Assembly: GCF_006345805.1 (NCBI RefSeq)
Contig: NC_043008.1
Span: 40,424,001-40,488,000 of the forward strand
Direction: 5' to 3'
DNA from: Octopus sinensis
Taxonomy: Eukaryota
Length of the DNA: 64,000 nucleotides
Within the stretch, counting starts at the first letter, position 1. Every line of letters begins with the position of its first letter. A model generated the notes under the pieces. That model was not told the origin of the DNA and searched no databases. It saw nothing but the letters and a program-made list of their open reading frames with translations. Position numbers and translations under genes: made by a program. Shown here piece by piece: positions 13,258 through 27,147 of this stretch.

Positions 13258-16160
13258 TATATAGATTGATATATAGATAGATAGATAGATAGATAGGTCG
13301 TTTGATTGCTTGTTTGGTTGTTTGGTTGGTTGATTAATTGAGAGTTTGGTAGATACAGGACTACACTATTTGGTGACTAACTATATATTCGCTACGTCCC
13401 AACCTTCAACGAAAATCTTATATATTCGTGCAGTTCATGAAACTTGCGATGATCGTGAACACCAATTTCGGTTTCAATTATTTCATGCTGTGATCCATGT
13501 ACAATTTATACAAGTAGATACCATGTAGTTAATACACGAATCTGCTTACTGGTTTACCATAAATTACATCATTTTTTCTACGCTTGGATTGACATTAAAC
13601 CCACATATATATTTTTATTTACGAGCACATCAGAAAATATAGAAGAAAATTAGTAACAAATATTTACTAAAATGTAGTATCACTACAATCTGAGAGTCCT
13701 CTAGTGTGACGTATTAATTTCAATCATCTTGTATATTTAGTCAATCGTCTTTAACATTATAATCATTTCTACCATCTTGAATGCCTGTTGAAACATGGAG
13801 TATATATGAGTTTTCAGAGAAAACATCAAGCTCAAGTAGCTTGCCACCATAGAAGTAATCGAAATATTCTATAAACTGTAAGGTGGAGTAATTCCTAATG
13901 ACACAGGGCATTAAATGTTTATGAAATACTGGATTTTATCAAAGTTTATTGTCAAATATAAAGAATGTGCATTTTATAAGCTAGTGTCCCTAATAAAATT
14001 GTTCCGTATCGTACATTTACTGAAGTTTTAGATGCAAAATGGTTGTTGTTCATATTAGTATTCCCGATTTTGCTTGTTCTTTCAAAATAGTGCAGTATTG
14101 ATGTCCTTACTATTGTTCTTGTTGTTCTCATTTTTATTTGTGTTTTTTGTTCATTTCAAGTTCCATATCTGTTTTAATTTTGTCTGTTCTCCTCTCATTG
14201 TTCTCTACTTTTACCGAGCATACTTTTTATGCCGTTTCCACCTTTCATATTGATGCTATTCATTGTTATCTTTTTTGTTTCACATCACAGCGACTCTGAA
14301 TCTACATACATATAATGGCATGTGTTCCATCTATGCCACACTATACTTTCGTATAGATAGGTGCACGCTTTACAGTGTGTGCTTTGTCTTTCATTTCAGC
14401 ATATTTAGAATTTTGTGAGTTCCGCTCCCTTTTCTGTTAGTTAACCCAATAATAAACTGGAACTCCTCATAAATATGAATCATAATGGAACAATTTTCAA
14501 TTACCGTTTTGTATGTTTAGGCTTCTTTTTAAAATATGAGCTCCTATTTTCAGGAGAGTTGATACTACAGGATAAAAGGCAAGTCGTTGGTCAGAACGTA
14601 CAGACGAGCGAAATGCATTTTGTCCGACATACCAACGATTCTGCCGTATTTGATAGATTAGTTGTCATCAAACACTCACTCAACAAACATATGAATATAT
14701 ATATATATATATATACATATATGGACGCGTGGGTGTATATATATTTACAAGTGTATATGTGCACTTGTTTAAATATCTTTTTCATCTCTGATGGATAAAA
14801 TAAATACAGGCTGTCATATTAAACACAAGGAAATTATGCTTCTTTCTTCGTTATTGGGAACTGAATTCAATTCTCCTTCCACACTCATAAATGCTCTTAT
14901 ATGTATAAAATCGATTAATTAATGCTTACATCACTGTCAATAATTGATTTGCTCTTGTGAATATTTGGATTATTATCCGTAATGTAACATTAATCTCACA
15001 GGTACAGGTGATCGACGAGGCCAAATACGTTTCAACAATGATCATTATATCTTATATATATCTAGGAGAGCAGATTGCCATACTTTAAAGAGTAGCGTTG
15101 GATTTTGAAGAATTCGTATGGTATATTATAGGCAAGGTCTTCTCTAAATAATACGTTAACACACGAAAGAATTTGCTGAAATAGAAACTAGAAGACAATA
15201 GTAAACGTCGTGGCATCTCAATTCCTTACATTGTTCTGTTATACCATATCATCGGTGTCCTGCTGGCGAGAAAAAGAAATCCAACAAGACTACCAATATT
15301 TTCTCCGTAAAAGTTATACAATCTCAAATAAACGAACACACACTAACGTACACACACATCTTTCACATTTTCTTTTAACTTTTATGAGATTGCGAATATG
15401 CTGCATCACCGTCAAAGAAGTCAGTCGCATAAATGCTGGACAGCAGTATAATCTTTGAAGCGTGGTACCTATTCTATCGGCTTTCTTTTACCGAACCGCT
15501 AGGTTTCAGGGAAGTAGAGGCAGCAACAGAGGCTGTCAATCACACACACTCACACAAAGACACTCGCATACAAACACACACCCATATCGAAGCACGCGCG
15601 CGAGTGTGTGCTTGTGTGAGAGTGAGTGGTATGTGTGCCAAAATTTTGGTAGGCCCAAAGTAAAAGTATGGACACTTGTCCAGGAGTCTGCCCTTTATCA
15701 CTGAACCAGGGACGATATTGTTTGGAAGTTAACTTATTTCATGAAAACCACGTCTGCAATGTATATTTATAAATTTCTGTTCAATCTCCGAAAAGTAAGA
15801 TGTTGAAAATTGCATTAATCAATGTGATATATTTCTTTGATAGTATTTTAAATTCTAGTAGAGTGTATTTTAACAAATAAGATATAAAGTTTTGAATTTT
15901 TGTTCTAAAAAATCTTAATTTACTTTACGTATATTTCTTTTGCTTCACTAATACTCTCAAGTATGTATTTCTTCTAATTAAATTGTCGGTGTTTACACTT
16001 AAATCATCGAAAAGTTTTCAAAAAGAATCAATTTTACATCTTGTTCATCTAAAAATTAATAGGTTAATGTACCGATATATGGTTTCATCGTCAGTATATA
16101 ATTTCATTTAACCTCTATATTTGTATCTATATATACGCGCACACAAAAAACACACACACA

Positions 16161-16228
<68 letters not shown>

Positions 16229-16313
16229 GTGTGTGTGTGTGTGTGTGTGTGTGTATTTCAATACATACATAAATGTTTATAAGTATATGTATATATATAC
16301 ACACACATGTATT

Positions 16314-16416
<103 letters not shown>

Positions 16417-16526
16417 TGTGTGTGTAAATTAAAAACATTGGAATGAGTGCTCAACATCTCATTGGTGGATAAATATTTACTTTATTTTTGAATTAAAGTT
16501 ACCATTGGTTTCGTATTACGAAGAGT

Positions 16527-16855
16527 TAGTGAGGGCGCGTGGCTTAGTGGTTAGGGCATCCGGCTCATGATCGTAAGGCTGTGAGTTCGATTCCCGGCGA
16601 CGCGTTATGTCCTTGAGCAAGACACTTTATTTCACGTTGCTCCAGTCCACTCAGCTGGCAAAAATGAGTTGTACTTGTATTTCAAAGGGTCAGCCTTGTC
16701 ACTCTCTGTGTCACGCTGATTATCCCCGAGAACTACGTTAAGGGTACACGTGTCTGTGGAATGCTCAGCCATTTGCACGTTAATTTCACGAGCAAGCTGT
16801 TCCGTTGATCGTACCAGCTGGGACCCTCGTCGTCGTAACCGGCGGAGTCTTTAAG
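16527..16855 (+). mobile_element. Full-length tRNA-derived SINE with 12-bp TSD
   Basis: A box TGGCTTAGTGG, B box GTTCGATTCC, central TCCTTGAGCAAGACACTTT..TTGCTCCAGTCCACTCAGCTG; TSD ATTACGAAGAGT at 16515-16526 and 16856-16867. Confidence 0.9.
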
Positions 16856-17199
16856 ATTACGAAGAGTATGAGAATATCAAAGTATCTTAAAAAGTTTGCA
16901 AGCCTATCTCATTGAGATTTGTGGCCGCCTCCATTTTGGAAAACAAACTCGGGATTAGTCGTAAAATCACGTAAATTAATCAATGAAACAATGAATCGAG
17001 GGACGTTACTCTAGAAGGCATATTTTGCGGTTTGTTTTCTTTGGATTTTTCGTTTCGGTAAATTACTTAAACGTTTTTTTTTGTATCAATTGCACAGTTT
17101 TGTTCTGAGCCTTGTGTTTTGTACATTTGTGTTGCCGCTAGTTTCTTCGTCTGAAGCTTGTGGCATCCTGGTAGTGTTTTCCCTCGTTTGCAGCTGCCA

Positions 17200-17512
17200 T
17201 CGATCACTATTTTCATCTCGTTCTGGTCTAACGACCCTTGAATGTGTATCCACTGTCATGATTTGGTCCCAACTTTGACCCTCCATAAATCCTAAATTTT
17301 ATTTTAGAATTTATGGGAGCAACTGTCTCTGAAGACTAGTATTGTCGTTGAACGCTCGAAATGAGGAGTGGATAGACAACCGACAAGTGGTGTAGGGTCC
17401 TTTCTCTATGTTTACTGGTCCTGTTTTACATTTTCTCGTTGCTTACGTACTTCATGTTATTCACACCGTAGGTAAGGTCTTGTACCCATGTATACATGTG
17501 TGTGTGAGTGTG

Positions 17513-17599
<87 letters not shown>

Positions 17600-17814
17600 T
17601 TGTTATTATTTATGATGTAATTGAACGCGACGCATGCACTTCCAAGTAAGTTTATCTGCACTCTTGATCCGATTCTCTACTCTATAATGATTCTACCTCC
17701 ATCCTTCTCTAATTCCCTTTTTCACCGCCTCTATCCTTCACCGGTTTCTATGTCTCTCTGCCTCCCACTTTCTCTTTCTCTGTCTTTCTCTCCCTGTTTC
17801 TCTTTCTGTCTCTG

Positions 17815-17873
<59 letters not shown>

Positions 17874-18285
17874 CTATCGTAGTGATTATCGTCCATGTTT
17901 CTTTCCCTCATGGGATCATCTTTCTTTTCCAGCCCGAACGTTCGAAACAGCGAACGTTTTTCTCTCTCTTCTGTCATTTCTCTTTTGAAAAAACAAAATA
18001 TTTCTCACACCGTTCACTATTTTACCTCCGTTCTGGTATCACGAGCCTCAATATTTCTGTTCGTTTGGTTTTCTTTTATGCCTTCACTGTTATTTTTGCC
18101 CCTCCTTAATGCCTAAATTTTACTTATGAACTATGAGAGCAACAGACTTTAAAGACTCATATTGTCAAATGCTCGAAATGAGGAGTAGATAGACAGCCGA
18201 CAACTGACAAAAGGTCCGTTCTCTCTGTTTATTTGTCCTGTTTTCCATTTTTTCTCATTGTTTACGTATTCAAATCGTCATCCAC
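17200..18285 (+). repeat. Two diverged copies of one repeat (17200-17465 / 18005-18285)
   Basis: Shared CACTATTTT..GTTCTGGT, GAGCAAC, GCTCGAAATGAGGAGT.GATAGACA.CCGACAA and GTCCTGTTTT.CATTTT. Confidence 0.8.
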
Positions 18286-18299
18286 ATAAGTTGCATATC

Positions 18300-19030
18300 C
18301 GATATGGACCACAAAGTGCTGCAGTTAAGTTCTGGTCTTTGTGTATATTAAAATGTCTTTTGAGGCCTGTGTTAGATTTGCTGACGTTATGGCATGCATA
18401 GCATTGGAATGTGTGCAGATATATAAGCAGAGTAGTTAATGGAGATTCGTCTTTCATGTGTCCTCCAATGAGATTTGAGCCCAGCAAAAGAAAGGCTTGG
18501 TCTGTCACCAACTGTGCCGAAACAAGGCCACTGAAATTCTAGATCTCAGCATTCTTCCTGAAATCCCTCTTGAGATTGGGATATGTTATCGTGGCCACCT
18601 CAGACAGTTTCACTCCATTTCACACTTTGTTCGACATTCGGATCGATTTGAAGCGAGGGTTTCCACGACATTTGGATCCATTCCAAGAGACTTAATGTTA
18701 AACCCTTATGCAGTCTTTAAACAAATTGTTTTTGGTTTACACTGAGTTTTTCCCTCTACAAATTCACAATAATACAGATAGTTGGGTGTGTGCTCATCCG
18801 CCAGTTGAGCAATATGACCACACCAACACATTTGATTTTTCAGAATCCTTGATTTAATTGAAGTGAAGCCTGTGATATCTGTGTCTGGACTAAAAAAGCC
18901 CAATTGCATGTTTGGAATGCTTGTGCGGCTCTTTGAATTCGCAGATGTATTTGTGCCCGGATTTCCGTCAGTTTTTATAGAGTTTATGAGGTAACTGAAA
19001 GTGTCAACAAACTCAAGGAACTTTTCCATA
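18300..19030 (-). mobile_element. RTE-clade LINE 3' relic with terminal C2H2 finger, internally deleted
   Basis: LEFVDTFSYLINSI; TSIKSRILKNQMCWCGHIAQLADEHTPNYLYYCEFVEGK; FQCYACHNVSKSNTGLKRHFNIH. Confidence 0.75.
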
Positions 19031-19049
19031 ACGAAAATTTTATACACGC

Positions 19050-19455
19050 GCAGATGTGGCTGCTTGTTAAGAAAGTTGCTTCCCAACTACATGGTACTGG
19101 GTTCAGTCCCACAGCGTGGAACCGTGTGCAAATGTCGTCTACTAAAGTCTTGGGCAGAGACTATAGTCTTGTCAGTGTATTTGATAGATGGAAATTTGAT
19201 AGATCAAATGCACAGACAAAGCCCTGTCAGTGTATTTGGAAATTGAAAGCAATTCTTCCTATTCGTGCGTGTGCTTGTATATGTGTATCTGTGTTAGTCC
19301 CCCATCATCACTTAACAACGGATGTTGATGTGTTTACGTCCCCGTAACTTAGCAGTTCGGCAAAAAAACTCGAGAAAATAAGTACTAGCATTATAAAGAA
19401 TAAGTCCTGGTGTCGATTTGTTCGACTAAATTGCAGTAAAAGAATAAAAGAATGA
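19050..19455 (+). mobile_element. Decayed SINE with internal simple-repeat segment (TTGCTTCCCAACCACATGG family)
   Basis: Head AAGTTGCTTCCCAACTACATGGTACTGGGTTCAGTCCCA; 3' part CCCGTAACTTAGCAGTTCGGCAAAA..AAGAATAAGTCCTGGTGTCGATTTG. Confidence 0.7.
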
Positions 19456-19514
19456 AACGTAAAAGAATATGCATATATACCTACATACATACATACACAC
19501 ACACAAACACACAC

Positions 19515-19557
<43 letters not shown>

Positions 19558-19599
19558 AATTCAGGGTGAGTACTTGATAATTGTAACCACCTGTATATA

Positions 19600-19940
19600 C
19601 CGTTTGGTGGTGTAGGTGGTGGAGTAAATTAATCAAAATAAAAACATGATGCCAAGGGTTCAGCGGTACATATGTTTCGGGCCTTTATTAGACGGATTTA
19701 TAACAATGCATAATGTGTGTCTATGGCCTTCTTCAGCCGCGCACAATTACTACCTCAATGACATGTATTACATCAAAAATTCTACGTTGGGGATGCAAAT
19801 CCTCTCATTCGCGTACGACATAATGCGGCACCAGCACAAAAATGAAGCGTCCATCTCGTCCATCTCTCAATCCGTCTAATAAAGGCCCGAAACATATGTA
19901 CCGCTGAATCCTTGGCATCATGTTTTTATTTTGATTAATT

Positions 19941-19942
<2 letters not shown>
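19600..19942 (-). mobile_element. Non-coding miniature PLE-like element with 74-bp inverted arms and a hammerhead
   Basis: 19625-19698 and 19869-19942 are inverted repeats with 1 mismatch; 25-nt one-sided extension 19600-19624; TATATA on the left and (TA)n on the right. Confidence 0.7.
19663..19740 (-). ncRNA. Minimal type-I hammerhead ribozyme with extended stem II
   Basis: Minus strand GCGG-CTGAAGA-AGGCCATAGAC..GTCTAATAAAGGCCC-GAAAC-ATAT-GTA-CCGC: 4-bp stem I, canonical CUGANGA, GGCC/GGCC stem II, palindromic ACAUAUGU stem III, GUA site (cut at 19667/19666). The first stem II pair is an A-C mismatch. Confidence 0.75.
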
Positions 19943-19973
<31 letters not shown>

Positions 19974-21463
19974 TATATTATATATATATATATATATACA
20001 TATGTGTGGGTTTGTGTGTGTGTGTATTGATAGATAGAGCAGAATCTTAAGTTGAGGGAAACAGACAAGGCCACTAAACATTAAGAACTATAAATAAAGA
20101 GAGCCAGGCAGGCGATTGTAAGCGAAAGTATTTATGAGGCTTATAATGATATTTGACCTGGCGAAGGTAAAATAGAATTTAATAACACTGAACCCCTGAT
20201 GAACACATCGATACAATTCATTGCTCAGAAACCAAAACGCCGTGGATGCTTCCGGATCCGCATTACCTTGAGTAATGTAAATACCCTACGCGAACACTAA
20301 AAGTACACATGTTGATTAAATCGACTATACCATGCACCAAAATGTGTGCCATTGCGCCTATGAAAACCATTATTAATATTTTCCTTCCGGCTGCCAAACA
20401 CTGGGATATATATGTTATTAATTATCTTCAAACAGTCATTGTAGAATGAACAGGTGTCTAAGTCAACCTAAAAACATTAAATCAATTATGTCAGCTGTTA
20501 CTTTTAGGAATGTTTCCTATGCAGTGTATAGTATACTAGTCCAATTATTCTCAATTCATTTCAATTCCATTTCTTTCCAAGCGGTTGCTAATAGAATCTA
20601 CGTTGGAACCGAGGTAATATACATCAAGCATATAGTTTAATTTCCACTGAGGTATCAGAATAAATCAAAAGTCCCATTTCACCGTTATCTTTAAGAAAAC
20701 GAATAACGGTACGTTGGTTCCAATGCGATACACATATTGTTAATTAATGATTTTCTGATATTTGGTAACTTTATATTAGCCACCGCACTTGCTGAAAGCT
20801 TTGAGAAGAAATGATTAGATATAATCTACAAAAGAACTAAATAGTATGGTTCACCATTACCAGCTACTCCTAAAAGGATTGATAGTAAGTAATGCAACTA
20901 ATATACACACTTAATAATGCGTGTTTCAGTCAATATGCATTCAGAGTTTTGGTGTATTGGTGCTATAGTAATTTATTTCACACGTAAATTTATGTGCAAA
21001 TATTGACTAGGCTGGCTTTCCGAACAAAAGTTATAGATATTTATGTAATAAAATTAATTATTGAAATTCATTCAAACGTATATTAGGATTATTTTTGCAG
21101 AGGCTAAATAAAAAAATAAAACTGTACCAATAAGCACTCAATACACAAATGCAGTGCTAGGAAACCTAGTGATATAATTTTCATGAATCAGTAAGTGTAA
21201 CAACATCGCTGAAGCAACCGTTATCAGAATAATACAAGATTAGATTGAATCCACGCTGAAATGTGATGAGCAGTAATATAGTTGCTTCCCGTTAGAAGAT
21301 AGTCGCTGTATATGAAAATATAAGGAGAATATGACGTAGATGAAGGAGATTTGGTGACTCTCTAAAATGTTCGGTTAACACATGAAAGTTCGTGCTTGTA
21401 AATGCGTAAATATATATATATAAACAGAGTGAGAGAGACAAAGACAGAAGTACATACATCTCC

Positions 21464-21560
<97 letters not shown>

Positions 21561-22239
21561 GTAACACAAGAGTTTTAGACATACACTTGTTTGACTCACG
21601 TAAAATCCAATATCCACCATAGTTGATTTTATTAACTGCCCCAGAAAAATAAAGTATTTATTCCGATTACGTCATGCAGTAAATCAACTGAATTAATGGG
21701 TTTGGTAACTCTCACGTATTTATGTCAAATAAGTTATTAGAAATTCTTGATAAATTTCAAAATGAATTAACCAAGCAAGTTTGCTGCAAGAAATGAAGTG
21801 GTGCCAATAAGTAAAGAAAGACATAAGATCTGAAGGATGACAAAGGCGAAAAACAATGAGCAGAAAAAACGGGATATGAAAGAACTGACAAAATAAAAAA
21901 TGTTTCTAAAATGTGTTAGGTAGACTCACTAAAAGCAAATAAATGTACTCGGCTTTAAGTAGCCTCACAGAAGCAGTATAGAAGCTGAACTGTAATATTC
22001 AGAAAATTGTATTAAAACTTTCGTATTGAAGTTGTGGAAAAGATAACACTAATTTGGATGAATATTTTCCCCGCATGGGGAGTAGAAAATGTTTGAAATG
22101 CAAGATTAATAAAGCTGTGGATGTAATAATCTTTGAAAATAAAAGGACTTATTTAATGGCTAGCGGGATAACTTCCGAAATTTCCATTTACAGAAATAAA
22201 TATTAGAAATATCCTATAACCTTAACATGACCAACCGAA

Positions 22240-22293
<54 letters not shown>

Positions 22294-22400
22294 CGAAAGA
22301 AGGTTTGAAAATGCAATTTTAAAATATGTTTATTTACTTTACCGGTTTCACACTTTAGAAAAAGTTGTCAAAAGTAATATGTAAAAGTTTTGTTGTGTTA

Positions 22401-22759
22401 ATTATTGGTTGTCACAAAATGCTACAATGCATATATACAATCTTTGGTAACAAAAACATGTTAGGACATAAAAAAGTTTAACAAGTTCATTAAAATATTG
22501 CACACAAAAGATTACAACATAAATATATATTCTCAAAAAAATGCTAAATATAGTTTCCAGAAGGAATTATTAAAAAGTTCAGTGGACTATTGGCATTGTA
22601 TCTGTATATTCATACACGCACAGAATATTAGTTGTCACAAAATACTACAATACATATATACATTCTTTGGTAACATTAACATGTTAAGAACAGAAAAAGT
22701 TTAACAAATTCATTAAAATATTGTGCACAAAAGATTAGAACATGTATATACATTCTCAA
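22401..22759 (+). repeat. ~135-bp direct duplication (22401-22536 / 22625-22759)
   Basis: GTTGTCACAAAAT.CTACAAT.CATATATACA.TCTTTGGTAACA...ATTCTCAA occurs twice. Confidence 0.9.
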
Positions 22760-22809
22760 GAATATGGTTGGGAAGCAGGCTTCTTACCACACAGCCACGC
22801 CTATATAAG

Positions 22810-22935
<126 letters not shown>

Positions 22936-23441
22936 GTTTGTGTGTGTGAGAGAGAGAGTGCATGTGTGGGGGGTATCCACACAGGTGGAATGAACGTTCC
23001 CTCAACACTTTGACTGGCTCCGCTCTTTCTCGCGCTGGTCTTCACAGAATCACTTTCAAAATGTATATATCTATGTATACTTCGCTTTCGTAGTAGTATA
23101 CTTTAAACTTATATCTCTTATTTGCGTGTATATACTTTTGCGTTTGTGTATTTGCAATAGACATTTAAATTGACGTAGAATAATGGAGTATGCTTGTTTT
23201 CACACTGTTTTTCGAATATGTATTTCACGTTATGATATATTCTACATTTTATTTCAAAGTTTTCACTAACTTTGTCGAGTTAATCTTATTCCTATCTATG
23301 TGTGTAATATTTTATTTCACTTACTTTATATTCAGAATTATATATCTAGAAAAAAATACTCTACAATACCATCACCAACTTTTTGGAAAACAGATACACA
23401 TATGTCTATATATCATTCTTCCCATATATACATATATATAT

Positions 23442-23504
<63 letters not shown>

Positions 23505-25037
23505 ATATGCGTGTATGCTTCTTTGTAAGGCTTTAAGAATTATTCATTCATGTATGATACTCAGATAAATATGTAAGTACACATACACAGGCAAAAACAG
23601 CCATATACATGCAAACACATACTTATATATAAATATTTACGTTCTTATGCAAATCCATCATGGCGACAATAGAAATGTATCCGGCTATGATGATATGCTT
23701 TGTGAAACTTATATGAATATATCACATATATAGATCAACACATATTCCTATCCATAAATGTTCATACATTCTCATGTTGCAAATATTGTTTACATGTCTA
23801 AATGTGTGTGTGAGTGTGTGTGAGTGTGTGTGTGTGCATGTGTATTTGTGTGTGTGTGTGTGTGTATTTATGTATGTAGGCATGACCTGCGTATATTTCC
23901 TCCGTTTCAATAGCTGTTTATGAAATGTTTCTTCGAGAGAATTATTTCTTCGTTACTTAGATGAAATATCAAAAAAAGAAAAAAAAAAGAATGGGAATAT
24001 TAATCATGAAAGCTTAATGCTTGTTTGCCATTTAGTTGTATTTCTATGTACGTATACCCCAAGGCAGTCTCTTCATACGTAATTCTTTTGTCCACTTATA
24101 AACTAGTACGGATTTATAAATATTACAAGGGTATTAAACGCTATCATTTTCTTCGGGCTAAGCTTTGCAATGAAACAACGAGTATTTGAGTGAGAAATGT
24201 TATACTGATCTTTGCAATAATATATTTCTTCTCCTATACTAGTACACGTTATACGTATCGAAATATTCGTTAATATATTTTTTTTTATTGCTGCACTGAT
24301 GCTGTTTACTAGAATCGACGTGATCGATCATATTTCATATAAGCAGATATCTTGTCGATCAAATAATATCACAGTCTAGAGAGATCATGCTTCACTCTAG
24401 TTCTGTATTTCACAATACTGTAACTCCTAGGCCACATTGCTGGTCATATTTGATTGCTACAATTTGAGAATGTATGGTGATCATGACAATCTATTTGATT
24501 CATGTATAGTATCCAAAAAGAAATAAAAATCGAAAGGTCAAGACGATGTTGAACTGCTATGCCCGATGTCTTCTCTCCTTAAATGTATCGGTACCAATCC
24601 CTGCATATTGAAAGTTGATATTTAATGCCTGGCCAATGACTATAGGCATTCAGTGCGTCTTCTTTCTGATCCAAGGTCGTGGTGTTTATAAGAAACCCTA
24701 ATGGCGAAATGTCGGTACCGATTCAAGATGAGCTGCTTCGCATGCTCAATTATTTTAACGTGTTTTAGTTTCTGGCGATACTAGGGAGAGGTTTTCATCA
24801 CAGCTATACCGCAGCAAACACGGCGAATAAGCAAAACGTAGATATTTTGAATATACGAGCGATAATGTTTAATTTACAGTTGCCGCTTGAGATTCCTAAT
24901 TTAAAGAGTGTGCGTGTGTGCCTTTATATGTGTGCGTATCTTTGTTCTTGTATTTGTCATCCATCATTACTATGTTGGTGTGCATACTTTCCCTTAACTT
25001 AGGGATTCCGCGTTCGAGAGACTAGGTATAAAGCATA

Positions 25038-25885
25038 AAAAATAATAACTCTCGATCCGTTTACAATATTCAAGACGGTTCCTCAAGAATTGTCGCAGTC
25101 TAATGGGTGAAACAAAAAAAAATAAAGAATAAAAGGAGATATTTCAGTGATGAAAAACAAAATGAAATAGATATGGCTGAAATATGCCAAGAAATTGTCT
25201 GCAAGAAAAAGAGGTGGTAATGACTTTGTTCAAAATATAATACATAGTTTTTGATACAATAAACTGCGAAGATCTCTCATCCATACTGACAGCACTGCTC
25301 CTAGGATAGTATTGTAGCGAATGCTCTCTATCTCAGACCATTTATAATTTTTAAAAGTCAAGTTCATCATTAAATCACTCGATGATGTATCAACTAATGT
25401 TTTTAAAACTGCTGGGATTTTTTAATTCTAAACCCCTTAAACGCAATGTAAGGTATTTCGGATTGGTAAACATAATACAGTGTCGGATAAAATGCATAAG
25501 ATTATTTATTTGCGGTTCTTCACAGTTTGAGTTCAAATTCAGCCAGACTTTGCCTATCGGATTTTGATAAAAATAATAAGTCTCGATCCGTTTCACTTAC
25601 ATTATTCAAGACGGTTCCGCAAGAATTGTCGCAGTGTAATGAGTGAAACAACTAAAAATAAAAGATAAAAGGAGATATTTCAGAGATGAAGAACAAAATG
25701 AAATGGATATGGCTGAAATAAACCAGGATTTGTCTGCGAGAAAAAGAGGTGGAAATGACTTTGTTCAAAACACAATACACAGTTCTTGATACAATAAACT
25801 GCGAAGATTTCTCCAACCGATACTGACAGCACTGCTCCTAGGATAGTAATGTAGTTAATGCTCTGTATCTCAGAACATTTATAAT
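25038..25885 (+). repeat. Diverged ~310-bp direct duplication (25038-25348 / 25569-25885)
   Basis: Colinear alignment by eye from AAAAATAATAA.TCTCGATCCGTTT to CATTTATAAT. Confidence 0.9.
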
Positions 25886-27053
25886 ATGAAGAGAAATATA
25901 TTGCGAGCCTCATAAAGCTCGATGCATGTGCATTGATGATAGAAATATCTTAACTAAATAGGAAAAACCATATACTTTCTAACAGATAATCGCTAGCCAA
26001 GAAACTTGGATATATCAAGAAATTGAATTATCTTCAAAGGAAAATCCTATAAGTACTGAGGTTACAATTTCTATAAAGTGCATTGCTCTTGTGTGATGAT
26101 AGCCATTAAACGAAGATAACAAAATGATAAAATATGATTACTTTTTTTAATAACACTTCTATAGTTATAGAAGAAAAATCTGCAGAGATGCATTTAATTT
26201 AATTAGAATATATTTTAAAACAATTTAGATATGCGCAAATGGAATATATTTAGGAAAAAAGGAAACAGAAATAAAGCAAAGAGCAACAGTATTCAAGATG
26301 TTTAGAATCGATCGATTTGAAAATATACATATGCTTGCATACATACATGCAAACATATACACAGACATACACTCATATACACAAAAACGCAAACGCACAT
26401 GCACACATACATGGACGCATGTATATATGTATATACATAAATATATGTGTATGTACATACATACACACACACACTCACACACACATATGGCTATGTTTGT
26501 GTTTGTGCAATTGTATATGATATATTCGTAGAAATTTACAAGTAAACATATTTATTCATATATATTACTTATATATGAATATATACGACCATACATTTGT
26601 CTTATTTACATATGTGTGTTACGAGTGAATATATGTATATTACGCACACACATATGGCGCATATATATTAACTACACATATTATATATGTCTCCACATAT
26701 TATTCGTTAATTTCAGATTAAATCAGTTGATGCATTGCTTATTCAGTTCTGTTAAGTAAAATATTATCTTGATAAAAATAATTATTTATATCTTCACGAT
26801 TAAATGTGAATTTGTGCTAATGATTTCATTTCTGGGCATGAGTATGTTTTTATGAATGTGTATATTAAATTTATTTTAAAATTGATGGTTTCAATCTACT
26901 TTAAATGCATAGATTCCAATAAATGGAATACGTTTGACACAGAAAAAACAATGTTTATGTTATAATAAGAACGGAGCGCCGAGTCATAAATGCATACATA
27001 TAGACATGACAGATATGCGCGGGTATACTTGTTTATTTGTCGGTGTATATATA

Positions 27054-27147
<94 letters not shown>

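Noticed and set aside
16527-16600. tRNA gene-like sequences here and at 40060-40135
   Set aside because: A/B boxes are present, but the acceptor stems do not close and they continue into repeat bodies: SINE heads, not tRNA genes.
19562-19599. CAGGGTG...CACCTG-TA tiny Tc1-like inverted ends
   Set aside because: Too short and imperfect to call an element.
20196-20240. CTGATGA...GAAAC hammerhead-like spacing
   Set aside because: No stem II pairing and no NUH/stem I; likewise for the motifs near 36496, 39220, 48553, 61320 and 63463.
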